Source: an uncultured Solirubrobacterales bacterium
GTDB lineage: Bacteria > Actinomycetota > Thermoleophilia > Solirubrobacterales > 70-9
Length of the DNA stretch: 64,000 nucleotides
Direction of reading: 5' to 3'
NCBI GenBank assembly: GCA_963821705.1
Contig: CAWGEV010000008.1
Span: 127,023 to 191,022, forward strand
How positions within the stretch are numbered: the stretch's first letter is position 1; each line of letters opens with the position of its first letter. The notes under the pieces are model-generated. The model saw nothing but the letters and a program-made list of their open reading frames with translations, did no database searches and was not told where the DNA came from. The translations under genes were made by a program, and so were the position numbers. Positions 17,621-26,532 of the stretch are shown here, piece after piece.

Positions 17621-18667
17621 TCAGAACTCCCTGACCACCTCGCGCGGGTCCTTGTCGTCCCGCATGCCCTTGAAGGCGGGCTGTCGCAGCGTTCCCTCCC
17701 TCGTCCACTCCGTCCAGGAGACCTCGCAGACCAGCTCGGGCTCACACCAGGCCGCGAACCGCGCCTTCGGGCCGGTCGGCGCCCCGACGTCGAAGGGGCT
17801 CTCCGGGCGCTCGCGCTTGCGCAGCTCCCGGGTGAGGAAGTCGAGATCGTGCTCCTTCAGGCCCGAGCCGACGCCGCCCGCGAAGCGCAGGAGCTGCCGC
17901 TCTCCCTTGCCCAGCTCGGAGCGCCGCCTGTCGTAGTAGCCGACCAGCAGGGAGCCGACGCGCTTGGCGCGCCGGCCCTCGCCTGGGATGTAGCCGCCGA
18001 TCACGAACTCCTGCCGGCGCCAGACGCGGGTCTTGATCCACTCGCCGGTGCGCTTGCCGGGCCGATAGGGGCTGTCGCAGCGCTTCGAGACGATGCCCTC
18101 GAGCCCCTGGCGCCGGGCCGCCTCGAGCAGGTCGGCCCCGCCGCCGTGGCGGTAGCGGGGGGTTCGCCAGCGAGGGCCGTCGAGGTCCAGCCCCTCGAGC
18201 AGCTCGCGCCGCTTCAGGTAGGGGAGGTCCCTGATGCGCCGGCCGTCGAGGTGCAGGAGGTCGAAGATCACGTAGTCGACCGGCTGCTGCTTCACCCGGG
18301 CCTGGATCGCGCCGGGTGAGGTGAGCCCCATCCGGCTCTGAATCAGCTGGAACCGGGGACGGCCCTCCGGGTCCAGAGCCACTACCTCGCCGTCTAGGAC
18401 TGCGGCATGGTCGCCCAGGGCCTCGGCGATCGCCTCGAGCTCGGGGTAGCGGAGGGTGACGTCCTCCTGACGGCGGCTCAGCATCGACCACCTGCCGCGG
18501 TTGGCATAGCCGAGCGCCCGGATCCCGTCCCACTTGATCTCGTACGCCCAGTCCTCGCCGTCGGACTCCGGGGCCTGCCCCGGCTTGGCGAGCATCGGGT
18601 CGAGCCGGCTCGGGAATCTCTCCTTCGGCGCGTCCGTGAGCGGTGAGCTGGCCTTTGCCTTCGCCAC
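17621..18667 (-). CDS. ATP-dependent DNA ligase (LigD ligase-domain type, stand-alone)
   Basis: Adenylation motif I YEIKWDGIRA (KxDG), EGIVSKR and LLVGYYD motifs. GTG start. First gene of the lig-ku-pol string. Confidence 0.88.
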   Translation of the reverse strand: MAKAKASSPLTDAPKERFPSRLDPMLAKPGQAPESDGEDWAYEIKWDGIRALGYANRGRWSMLSRRQEDVTLRYPELEAIAEALGDHAAVLDGEVVALDPEGRPRFQLIQSRMGLTSPGAIQARVKQQPVDYVIFDLLHLDGRRIRDLPYLKRRELLEGLDLDGPRWRTPRYRHGGGADLLEAARRQGLEGIVSKRCDSPYRPGKRTGEWIKTRVWRRQEFVIGGYIPGEGRRAKRVGSLLVGYYDRRRSELGKGERQLLRFAGGVGSGLKEHDLDFLTRELRKRERPESPFDVGAPTGPKARFAAWCEPELVCEVSWTEWTREGTLRQPAFKGMRDDKDPREVVREF

Positions 18668-18712
18668 GCCGGCGATTATGCGTGCCCGGTTTGGGGAGCG
18701 CCCGGCGACCCG

Positions 18713-19468
18713 CTAGGGGGTGCTCGGCTTCGGGTAGATGAACTGGTGGCCGAGCAGTTCGGCCACGGTGACGAACTTGTAGCCGCGGTGACGGAAGTGG
18801 GAGAGGATCGAGGGCAGCGCAGCGACGGTCTGGCTGCGGTTGCCGCCCCCGTCGTGCATGACGACGATCGAGCCGTTGTGCGCGTTGTGGATCACGTTCG
18901 ACGCGATCGCGCCCACGCCCGGAGTCGACCAGTCCCGGGGGTCGACGTCCCAGTTGACCGTGGTCATGTGCAGCGCGTGCGCGCGCTGGATCAGCCCGCT
19001 GTTCACGGCTCCGTCGGGAGGCCGGAAGTCGCACGGGCGGAACCCGGTGGCGTTCCGGATCAGGCGGTTCGTCTCGTGCAGCGAGCCGCTCGACGGATAC
19101 ATCTCGTGGTGGAGCGAGTGGTTTCCGATCTCATTGCCCTGGGCGAGGATCTTCTTCATCGTCGAGGCACGGCCTGAGGTCTCCTGTCCGATCTCGAAGA
19201 AGGTGGCGTGGGAGTCGAACCTGCGCAGCACGCGAAGGACCTGCGGTGTGTAGTTGCTCGGTCCGTCGTCGAAGCCGATCGCGATCCGCTTGCGACCGCG
19301 GGGGCCGTTCGTGACGAACGAGCGGCCGCCGTGGGTGCAGCCGGTGGGCAGGACCGGCTGGGCGGCGCGGGGGCGCGGTGTGCCGGCACGGCTCGCCACC
19401 GCGCTGCCGCCCGGCGCAGCAGCAAGAGCGAGTGACGCCAGCGCGATGAAGGTCATCCGTCCCCGCAT
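18713..19468 (-). CDS. Secreted polysaccharide deacetylase (NodB homology domain)
   Basis: Signal peptide MRGRMTFIALASLALAAAPG. NodB motifs FDDGPS and HSLHH, plus IVVMHDGGG. Start chosen at the signal-peptide Met. The track ORF starts at 19516. Confidence 0.8.
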   Translation of the reverse strand: MRGRMTFIALASLALAAAPGGSAVASRAGTPRPRAAQPVLPTGCTHGGRSFVTNGPRGRKRIAIGFDDGPSNYTPQVLRVLRRFDSHATFFEIGQETSGRASTMKKILAQGNEIGNHSLHHEMYPSSGSLHETNRLIRNATGFRPCDFRPPDGAVNSGLIQRAHALHMTTVNWDVDPRDWSTPGVGAIASNVIHNAHNGSIVVMHDGGGNRSQTVAALPSILSHFRHRGYKFVTVAELLGHQFIYPKPSTP

Positions 19469-19552
19469 CGGAGGCGCGCAGTCTCCCGCTTTCCGTGCGC
19501 GGACGCAAGTTCCCAACCCGGTCAGGCCAAGCCGGTTCCCTCCCTAGACTCG

Positions 19553-21187
19553 GTGTCCTTGTCCGACGAGCGCCGCAAGCGCTTCACGATGATCGCGACG
19601 ATCCTCGGTTCGACGATCGTCTTCCTCGACGCCACCGTCGTCAACGTCGCCCTGCCGGCCATCTCCAAGGACCTCAATACCGGCCTCGCGGACCAGCAGT
19701 GGGTCGTCGAGGCCTACTCACTGGCCACCGTCTCCCTGCTCCTCGTCGGCGGGGCACTCGGCGACCAGTTCGGACGGAGGAGGATCTTCACCGTGGGCCT
19801 GATCGGCTTCGGGACCACCTCGCTGCTTTGCGCGATCGCACCGTCGAGCTCGTTCCTGATCGGTGCCCGTGCCGCCCAGGGCCTCACCGGGGCTCTGCTG
19901 GTGCCGGGTTCGCTCGCGATCATCGCGGCGACCTTCGAGGGGGCCGAACGGGGCAAGGCGGTGGGCACCTGGACCGCCTGGACGGGAATCGCAACGGTGA
20001 TCGGGCCCGCGGGCGGCGGCGCGCTGGTCGAAGCGATCTCCTGGCGCGCGATCTTCTGGGTCAACCTGCCGCTCGTCGTCTTCACGGTTTGGCTTGCTCG
20101 CAGACACGTCGAGGAGAGCTTGGACCCGGAGGCCGACCGCGCGATCGACTGGCTCGGGATCCTGATGTCCGCACTGGGCCTCGGGGGTGTCGTCTTCGGG
20201 TTCATCGAGCAGCCGACGCACGGCTGGAGCGACCCGGTCGTGATGGTCCCGCTGGTCGGCGGCGCCGTGCTCTTCGCCCTGTTCCTCCTTTGGGAGTCGC
20301 GCTACGCGCACTCGATGCTGGACCTCGGCCTGTTCCGGATACGCAACTTCGCCGTGACGAACCTCGAGACGCTGATCGTCTACTCGGGTCTGATCGGCGC
20401 TTTCTTCTTCGTCTCGCTTTTCCTCCAGCAGACGGTCGGCTACACGCCGCTGGAGGCGGGCCTGGCCACCACGCCGATCTCGGTGACGTTGTTCCTCCTG
20501 TCGCCCGTGTTCGGCCGGATCTCGACGAGCATCGGCCCCAGGGTGCCGATGTGCGCCGGGCCGATCGTCGGCGGTATCGGACTTCTTCTCCTGACCCGGG
20601 TGGATGCGCATCCGAGCTACCTGACCGACGTCCTGCCGGGCGTGATCGTCTTCGGGCTCGGCCTGTCGGCGACGGTGGCGCCCCTGACGGCGACGGCGCT
20701 CAACTCGGTCGCGGAAAACCGCGTCGGTGTGGCCTCCGGCATCAACAACGCCGTCTCGAGGGTCGCCGGCGTCCTGGCCATCGCGATCCTCGGGGCGCTG
20801 ATCGCGGCGAAGTTCACGTCCACGGTCGACGGCAAGGTGAGCAGCGCCAACCTCTCGCCGCAGGCGAACCGGGCGATCAGCAAGGCGAAGGAAAACCCGC
20901 TCCGGCCGGCCTCCACGAACGGGTTGCCGCCGGCGCAGGCCAGTGACGTGACCAGTGCGACGGTGGCGGGAGCCGAGGACGGCTTCCACTCGGCGATGAT
21001 GGTGGCCGGGACCCTGATGATCATGGGCGGGGCCATCGCCGGGATCGGACTCCGCAACCCGAGCAGGGAGACCGAGTACGTGCCGCCGGGCGCGGCGCCG
21101 GCGGGCGAGTGCGCCCATTGCCCTGACCATCTCGATGGCGCGCACGAACCCGAGCGGGAACCCGAGCCGGTCGCGGAGCCGGTATAA
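19553..21187 (+). CDS. MFS transporter, DHA2 (EmrB/QacA-like, 14-TMS) family
   Basis: About 14 TM helices, motif-A-like GALGDQFGRRRIF, typical DHA2 N-terminus (TILGSTIVFLDATVVNVALP). Confidence 0.85.
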   Translation: MSLSDERRKRFTMIATILGSTIVFLDATVVNVALPAISKDLNTGLADQQWVVEAYSLATVSLLLVGGALGDQFGRRRIFTVGLIGFGTTSLLCAIAPSSSFLIGARAAQGLTGALLVPGSLAIIAATFEGAERGKAVGTWTAWTGIATVIGPAGGGALVEAISWRAIFWVNLPLVVFTVWLARRHVEESLDPEADRAIDWLGILMSALGLGGVVFGFIEQPTHGWSDPVVMVPLVGGAVLFALFLLWESRYAHSMLDLGLFRIRNFAVTNLETLIVYSGLIGAFFFVSLFLQQTVGYTPLEAGLATTPISVTLFLLSPVFGRISTSIGPRVPMCAGPIVGGIGLLLLTRVDAHPSYLTDVLPGVIVFGLGLSATVAPLTATALNSVAENRVGVASGINNAVSRVAGVLAIAILGALIAAKFTSTVDGKVSSANLSPQANRAISKAKENPLRPASTNGLPPAQASDVTSATVAGAEDGFHSAMMVAGTLMIMGGAIAGIGLRNPSRETEYVPPGAAPAGECAHCPDHLDGAHEPEREPEPVAEPV

Positions 21188-21195
21188 GCCGGGAG

Positions 21196-21624
21196 ATGCC
21201 GAACCTTCCTCCCGAGGCGCGCGTGCTGATCGAGTCCGGTCGCCTGGCGCACCTGGTCACGATGAATCCCGAGGGGACGCCGCAGGTGACCTGCGTGTGG
21301 GTCGGGCTCGACGGCGACGAGATCGTCAGCGGCCACCTGCTGCGCAATCAGAAGGTCAAGAACGTCGAGCGCGATCCGCGGGTCGTGATCTCGATGGAGG
21401 GAGCCAACGACAGCGAGTTGGGGCTTCGTGAGTACCTGGTCGTCCGAGGCCACGCGGTCCTTCAGGAGGGCGGCGCCGCCGAGCTGCTCCAGCGGCTCGC
21501 CCATGTGTACATGGGGCCCGACGTCAAGTTCCCGCCGATGGACGATCCGCCACCCGGCTACGTGATCCGGACGAATCCCGAAAGGATCGGCGGGGTCGGC
21601 CCCTGGACGGGCAAGGCAGTCTGA
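21196..21624 (+). CDS. PPOX-class (pyridoxamine 5'-phosphate oxidase-like) probable F420-dependent oxidoreductase
   Basis: LIESGRLAHLVTMNPEGTPQVTCVWVGLDGDEIV is typical of the split-barrel PPOX/F420 family. 142 aa. Confidence 0.7.
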   Translation: MPNLPPEARVLIESGRLAHLVTMNPEGTPQVTCVWVGLDGDEIVSGHLLRNQKVKNVERDPRVVISMEGANDSELGLREYLVVRGHAVLQEGGAAELLQRLAHVYMGPDVKFPPMDDPPPGYVIRTNPERIGGVGPWTGKAV

Positions 21625-21653
21625 GGCACGCCCGGTTCCTATAGTCCGCGCCC

Positions 21654-22640
21654 GTGCGCATCTTCAGCGGCATCCAGCCGACCGGCCAGAAGCATCTCGG
21701 CAACTACATCGGGGCGATCCGCCAGTACGTCGAGGGGCAGGACCGTGGCGATCCGGCGATCTACTGCATCGTCGACCTACACGCGCTGACCGTGCCCTGG
21801 GACCCGATTCAGCTGCGCGAGAGCGTCTACGACACGACGGCGATCCTGCTCGCCGCGGGCCTTGATCCCGAACGCTGCATCCTCTTTCGCCAGTCCGATG
21901 TCCGCGAGCACACCGAGCTGACCTGGTACCTGTCGGCGGTCACCTCCCACGGCGACCTCAACCGGATGACCCAGTTCAAGGACAAGTCGGCGAAGCAGCG
22001 CGAGCTGGTCTCCGCCGGGCTCTTCTTCTACCCGGTGCTGATGGCCGCCGACGTGCTCGCCTACCGGGCCCAGGAGGTGCCGGTCGGCCACGACCAGCTC
22101 CAGCACGTGGAGCTGATGCGGGAGATCGCCCGGCGCTTCAACGAGCGCTTCGATGACATCCTCGTGGTGCCCGAGGCACGGATCCCGGAGGTCGGCGCGC
22201 GGATCATGGACCTCCAGGAGCCGACCAGCAAGATGTCGACGACCGGCGGCACAGAGGCCGGCACGGTCCTCGTCCTCGACGACCCGAAGACGATCACCAA
22301 GAAGATCAAGAGCGCGGTCACCGACTCCGGCTCCGAGGTGAAGCGCGGCGACGGCAAGGAGGGGATCGCGAACCTGATCGAGATCCTCGCGGTGACCCGC
22401 GGCACGTCGGAGGACGAGGTCGAGCGCGAGTTCGACGGCTCCGGGTACGGCGACTTCAAGGGCGCCGTGGCGGAGGCGGTGGTCGAATATCTGGCGCCCG
22501 TCCGCGAGCGCTACGAGGAGCTTCGGCCCGACCAGGCCGCGCTCGAGGTCACGCTCAGCGCCGGCGCCGAGAAGGCCCGATCGATCGCCTCGGGGACGCT
22601 GGCCGAAGTGCGCTCCGCGGTCGGCATCGGTCCGGCCTGA
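21654..22640 (+). CDS. trpS: Tryptophan--tRNA ligase
   Basis: FSGIQPTGQKHLGNY (HIGH-type) and KMSTT (KMSKS-type) class I motifs. GTG start. Confidence 0.95.
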   Translation: MRIFSGIQPTGQKHLGNYIGAIRQYVEGQDRGDPAIYCIVDLHALTVPWDPIQLRESVYDTTAILLAAGLDPERCILFRQSDVREHTELTWYLSAVTSHGDLNRMTQFKDKSAKQRELVSAGLFFYPVLMAADVLAYRAQEVPVGHDQLQHVELMREIARRFNERFDDILVVPEARIPEVGARIMDLQEPTSKMSTTGGTEAGTVLVLDDPKTITKKIKSAVTDSGSEVKRGDGKEGIANLIEILAVTRGTSEDEVEREFDGSGYGDFKGAVAEAVVEYLAPVRERYEELRPDQAALEVTLSAGAEKARSIASGTLAEVRSAVGIGPA

Positions 22641-22660
22641 GCTGCCTCTATCTTGGTCGC

Positions 22661-23386
22661 GTGACCTCGGTCTCCGAGCTCGACCTCGACCTCGACGTCT
22701 TCCAGGGGCCCTTCGACCTGCTGCTGGCGGTGCTCCTCCGCGAGGAGATCTCGCTCTCGGAGGTACCGCTCGGCGAGATCGTCGTGGCCTACGTCGACCG
22801 CATGGGAGAGGCCGGTGAGCTCGACCTGGACCTCGATGCCGTCACCGAGTTCCTGGTCCTGATCGCGGCGCTGTGCGAGCTCAAGTCGCGCCTCCTGCTT
22901 CCTGGCGAGGAGGGCGACGAGGAGCTCGGCCCCCAGGAGGCTGCGGACGAGCTGCTCGCCCGCATGCTGGAGTACCGGCGCTACAGCGAGGCGGCCAAGA
23001 TGTTCTCGCAGCGGCTGGCGCGCGAGGGCGCCGTCATGTACCGCTCGGCGCCGCTGCCGGCCGAGCTGCGGCGCGCGGCGCTCGACGCGGCCACCAAGGT
23101 CTACGAGCCGGATCGGGTGGGCGTCGCCCTGGGCGACCTGCTCACGACACCGCCGCCCCCGGACACCCGGCACATCCGCACGACCGTGACCCTGCAGCGG
23201 CGCCTGGGCATCGTCAGGGACCTGCTGCGGAGCCGCGGGACGCTCGACTTCGACGAGGCCTTCGGGAAGGAGGACCGCTTCACGCAGGCGGTGACCCTAT
23301 TCGCCCTGCTGGAGCTCTACCGGCGCGGCGAGGCCACCTGGACGCAGAAGGAGACCTTCGGGAGGATCGAGGTGAACGCGCTGTGA
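22661..23386 (+). CDS. scpA: Segregation and condensation protein A (kleisin)
   Basis: FQGPFDLLLAVLLREEISLSEVPL N-terminus. Followed by scpB with a 4-nt overlap. Confidence 0.88.
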   Translation: MTSVSELDLDLDVFQGPFDLLLAVLLREEISLSEVPLGEIVVAYVDRMGEAGELDLDLDAVTEFLVLIAALCELKSRLLLPGEEGDEELGPQEAADELLARMLEYRRYSEAAKMFSQRLAREGAVMYRSAPLPAELRRAALDAATKVYEPDRVGVALGDLLTTPPPPDTRHIRTTVTLQRRLGIVRDLLRSRGTLDFDEAFGKEDRFTQAVTLFALLELYRRGEATWTQKETFGRIEVNAL

Positions 23387-23958
23387 GCGCGGACGGACTG
23401 ACCCGGACCGTCGAGGCGCTGCTCTTCCTCTCCCCGGACCCGGTTTCGGCAGCGGAGCTGGCCGAGGCGATCGAGGTGGAGGAGGAAGCGGTTGCGGAGA
23501 CGCTCGGGGAGCTCGAGGGAGGCCTCAAGGCCGACGGCAGGGGAATCCAGCTTCGCCGGGTCGCAGGCGGCTACGCCCTGGCCGCGGTGCCGGAGGCCGA
23601 GGATGCCGCGCGCCGGCTCCTCGCCAAGCCCCGCACGCCGCCGCTCACCCAGGCTCAGGCCGAGGTGCTCGCCATCGTCGCCTATCTCCAGCCGGTGTCC
23701 CGGCCCGAGATCGCACGGATCCGGGGCGTGTCGTCCGACTCCGCGGTCGGGAGCCTGACCGAGCGCGGGATGATCGAGGAGCGCGGGCGCACCCAGTTCG
23801 GAGCGGTGACCTACGGCACCACGCCGCTCTTCGAGAAGCTCTTCGGTCTCTCTGGCCTCGACGCTCTTCCCGACCCGGCCCAGTTCGACCCGACGCCCGA
23901 GGACGAGCGCGAGCTGCGCGATCGCCTGCTGAAGGCGGGTGAGCAGCGGGTCGAGTGA
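23383..23958 (+). CDS. scpB: Segregation and condensation protein B
   Basis: VEALLFLSPDPVSAAELA and LAIVAYLQPVSRPEIARIRGV winged-helix segments. The GTG at 23383 overlaps the scpA stop. Confidence 0.88.
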   Translation: MSADGLTRTVEALLFLSPDPVSAAELAEAIEVEEEAVAETLGELEGGLKADGRGIQLRRVAGGYALAAVPEAEDAARRLLAKPRTPPLTQAQAEVLAIVAYLQPVSRPEIARIRGVSSDSAVGSLTERGMIEERGRTQFGAVTYGTTPLFEKLFGLSGLDALPDPAQFDPTPEDERELRDRLLKAGEQRVE

Positions 23959-24704
23959 CGGGCCGGCTCGCAGCGGCCGTGGCGATGCTGGCCGTCGCGG
24001 CGGGAGTGGCGGGGCAGGCCTCGGCAGATCCATCGGCCAGGATCGCGACCGGGCGGGTCGTGCTCGGCAAGTCGGTGCAGGGGCTACCCATCACAGCCGT
24101 GCAGATCGGCGACCCGGCCGGCACCCGGGTTGCCCTCGTGGTCGGCGTCATCCACGGCGACGAGCGCGCGGGCCTGAGCATCCTCCGCTCGCTCAAGGAT
24201 CTGGCGTCCCGTCAGGCGAGCGCGCTGCGGGGCACGCAACTCTGGGCGATCCAAACGGTTAATCCGGATGGGCTCCGGGCACACATGCGCAAGAACGCGC
24301 ACGGAGTGGACCTGAACCGGAACTTCCCCTACCGATGGCAGGACGGCGTCCCACACTCCAACGGCTATTACCCCGGTCCGCGGCCGGCCTCCGAGCCGGA
24401 GACGCGGGCGGTGATGTCGTTCATCGAGCGCATCAAGCCGGCGCTGTCGATTTGGTACCACCAGCCGTGGGGAGCGGTGCTGGCATGCCGGGGCTCGCCG
24501 CCGATCGCGGCGCATTACGCCAAGCTGGTGGGTATGCGGACCAGCTGCAGAGGCAACGGCCTCCACGGGACTGCGATCACCTGGGAGATGCACGTCTTCC
24601 CGGGCAGCGCGGCCTTCGTGGTCGAGATGCCGCCGGGGAGGATCAGCGGCGGTTCCGCCCAGCGCCAGGCGCGTGCCGCGCTGACCGTCGCGGAGGGCCG
24701 CTGA
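23955..24704 (+). CDS. Secreted M14-family zinc carboxypeptidase (murein peptide peptidase-like)
   Basis: Signal peptide, HxxE zinc motif (VIHGDERAG), NPDG, VDLNRNFPY. GTGA overlap with scpB. Confidence 0.75.
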   Translation: MTGRLAAAVAMLAVAAGVAGQASADPSARIATGRVVLGKSVQGLPITAVQIGDPAGTRVALVVGVIHGDERAGLSILRSLKDLASRQASALRGTQLWAIQTVNPDGLRAHMRKNAHGVDLNRNFPYRWQDGVPHSNGYYPGPRPASEPETRAVMSFIERIKPALSIWYHQPWGAVLACRGSPPIAAHYAKLVGMRTSCRGNGLHGTAITWEMHVFPGSAAFVVEMPPGRISGGSAQRQARAALTVAEGR

Positions 24705-24705
24705 G

Positions 24706-25416
24706 GTGAGTCGAGTCCTGCTCGCCCTGATCGCCATCGCCGTCACCGTCGGTGCGGGGGCCGGATCCGGTGCCGGCGCGGCTCAGCCGCCCGCGGCGAC
24801 GAACTCCACCGTCACCAAGCCGGTGATCCACAAGATGCTGATCCCGTATCCGAAGAAGCGCAAGCGCGAGATGGCGGCGTACTCGAAGCATCACTACGGC
24901 CAGTACACGTGGCGCCTCACCAACCCGCAGCTGATCGTCGAGCACTACGCCGCCGCGGGGAGCATCTCGGCCATCTACAACACCTTCAAGCCGGACGTGC
25001 CCGACGTCGAGTTCCACCAGCTTCCCGGCGTCTGCTCGCACTTCGCCGTCTCGGCGACGGGTCAGATCTACAAGTTCGTCCCGATCTCGATCCGCTGCAG
25101 GCACGTCGTGGGCCTCAACTACACCGCCGTGGGTATCGAGCACGTCGGGTTCTCCGACCAGGACATCCTCAACCGTCCCGCTCAGCTCAACGCCTCGCTC
25201 CAGCTCACACAGTGGCTGCGCTGCCACCTCGGCCTGCCGGTGAGCCAGGTGATCGGTCACAACGAGAGCCTCTCCTCGCAGTTCTACAAGGAGCTCGACC
25301 CGCGCTTCCGCGGCCAGACGCACCAGGACTGGAACCGCGCGGATATGCAACATCTACCGATCCGACCTGAGCAAGCTCGGCAGCTGCTGAGCGCCCCGGC
25401 GACAATGCGGGCGTGA
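24706..25416 (+). CDS. Secreted N-acetylmuramoyl-L-alanine amidase (amidase_2/PGRP fold)
   Basis: Signal peptide. LIVEHYAAAG, HFAVSATGQIYKFVP, NYTAVGIEHVG and VIGHNES match the amidase_2 pattern. Confidence 0.7.
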   Translation: MSRVLLALIAIAVTVGAGAGSGAGAAQPPAATNSTVTKPVIHKMLIPYPKKRKREMAAYSKHHYGQYTWRLTNPQLIVEHYAAAGSISAIYNTFKPDVPDVEFHQLPGVCSHFAVSATGQIYKFVPISIRCRHVVGLNYTAVGIEHVGFSDQDILNRPAQLNASLQLTQWLRCHLGLPVSQVIGHNESLSSQFYKELDPRFRGQTHQDWNRADMQHLPIRPEQARQLLSAPATMRA

Positions 25417-26108
25417 GGCTCGCCAAGTACCTGGCCCATGCGGGCGTCGCCTCCCGGCGCACCGCGGAGGAGATGATCGCCGCTGGCAGGGTCCGGGTTG
25501 GGGGCGAGATCGTCACGGACCCCGCTCGTGACGTAACGGCCGAATCAGGCGTGGAGGTGAACGGCAGCCGGGTCGCCCCCGAGCCGCGCGAGGTCTGGGC
25601 CGTCAACAAGCCGGCCGGGGTGGTCTCGACGGCGAAGGAGCCGGGCCGGCGCCAGGCGGTCACCGAGCTGGTCCGCTCCGAGTGCCGCCTCTATCCGGTC
25701 GGGCGCCTGGACGCCGACTCGACCGGCCTCATCCTGCTCACCAACGACGGCGAGCTCGCGAACCGGCTGACGCACCCTCGCTACGGCGTCCCGAAGACGT
25801 ACCGCGTGACCCTGGTCAAGCCGCCCTCCGACCGAGACCTCGACCGCCTGATTGCCGGAGTGCGGCTGGACGACGGCATGACCGCCCCCGCTGAGGTGGC
25901 CCGAACGGGAGAGCGCGAGATCGAGGTCACGATCCGGGAGGGACGGAAGCGGCAGGTGCGCAGGATGGCCGAGGCCATCGGCAACGAGGTCGAGTCGCTG
26001 ACGCGGATCCGGATCGGCTCGCTGCCCCTGGCGGAGCTGGGCCGCGGCGAGGCTCGGCGGCTCGGGCCGGGGGAGGTCGCCGCGCTCTGGAAAGATTCCG
26101 CGCTATGA
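25413..26108 (+). CDS. rluB: Pseudouridine synthase (RsuA/RluB family)
   Basis: S4 domain RLAKYLAHAGVASRR and catalytic GRLDADSTGLILLTNDG. The start overlaps the previous stop. Confidence 0.88.
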   Translation: MRLAKYLAHAGVASRRTAEEMIAAGRVRVGGEIVTDPARDVTAESGVEVNGSRVAPEPREVWAVNKPAGVVSTAKEPGRRQAVTELVRSECRLYPVGRLDADSTGLILLTNDGELANRLTHPRYGVPKTYRVTLVKPPSDRDLDRLIAGVRLDDGMTAPAEVARTGEREIEVTIREGRKRQVRRMAEAIGNEVESLTRIRIGSLPLAELGRGEARRLGPGEVAALWKDSAL

Positions 26109-26482
26109 GCGACGACCTGAGGCTTTGGGCGGTGCGGGGTGCCACCAAGGCCCGCAGCAACAATCCCGAGACGATCGTCGAGGCGACGGAGGAGCTGATG
26201 CGCGAGCTGATCAGCCGCAACGACCTGACCCCCGAGAAGATGGTGAGCTGCATCTTCACCTCGACACATGACCTGAACGCGGAGTTCCCGGCCGTCGCGG
26301 CCCGGAAGCTCGGCCTGGACAACGTCCCGCTGCTCTGCGCGCGGGAGATCGACGTGCCTGGCGCCATGCCGTCGGTGATCCGCGCCCTGGTCCACTACTA
26401 CGCACCTTTGGACCACACCCCGGCGCACGCTTACCTGGGCGAGGCTCAGGAGCTGCGCTCCGACCTGAAGGCGGCCCAGTAG
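26105..26482 (+). CDS. aroH: Chorismate mutase, AroH class
   Basis: LWAVRGATKARSNNPETIVEATEELMREL is the AroH-type N-terminus. 125 aa. ATGA overlap with rluB. Confidence 0.88.
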   Translation: MSDDLRLWAVRGATKARSNNPETIVEATEELMRELISRNDLTPEKMVSCIFTSTHDLNAEFPAVAARKLGLDNVPLLCAREIDVPGAMPSVIRALVHYYAPLDHTPAHAYLGEAQELRSDLKAAQ

Positions 26483-26532
26483 CGGTACGGATCCGGGAGG
26501 CGCGGCCGGGCGACACCGAGGCGATCGTCTCG

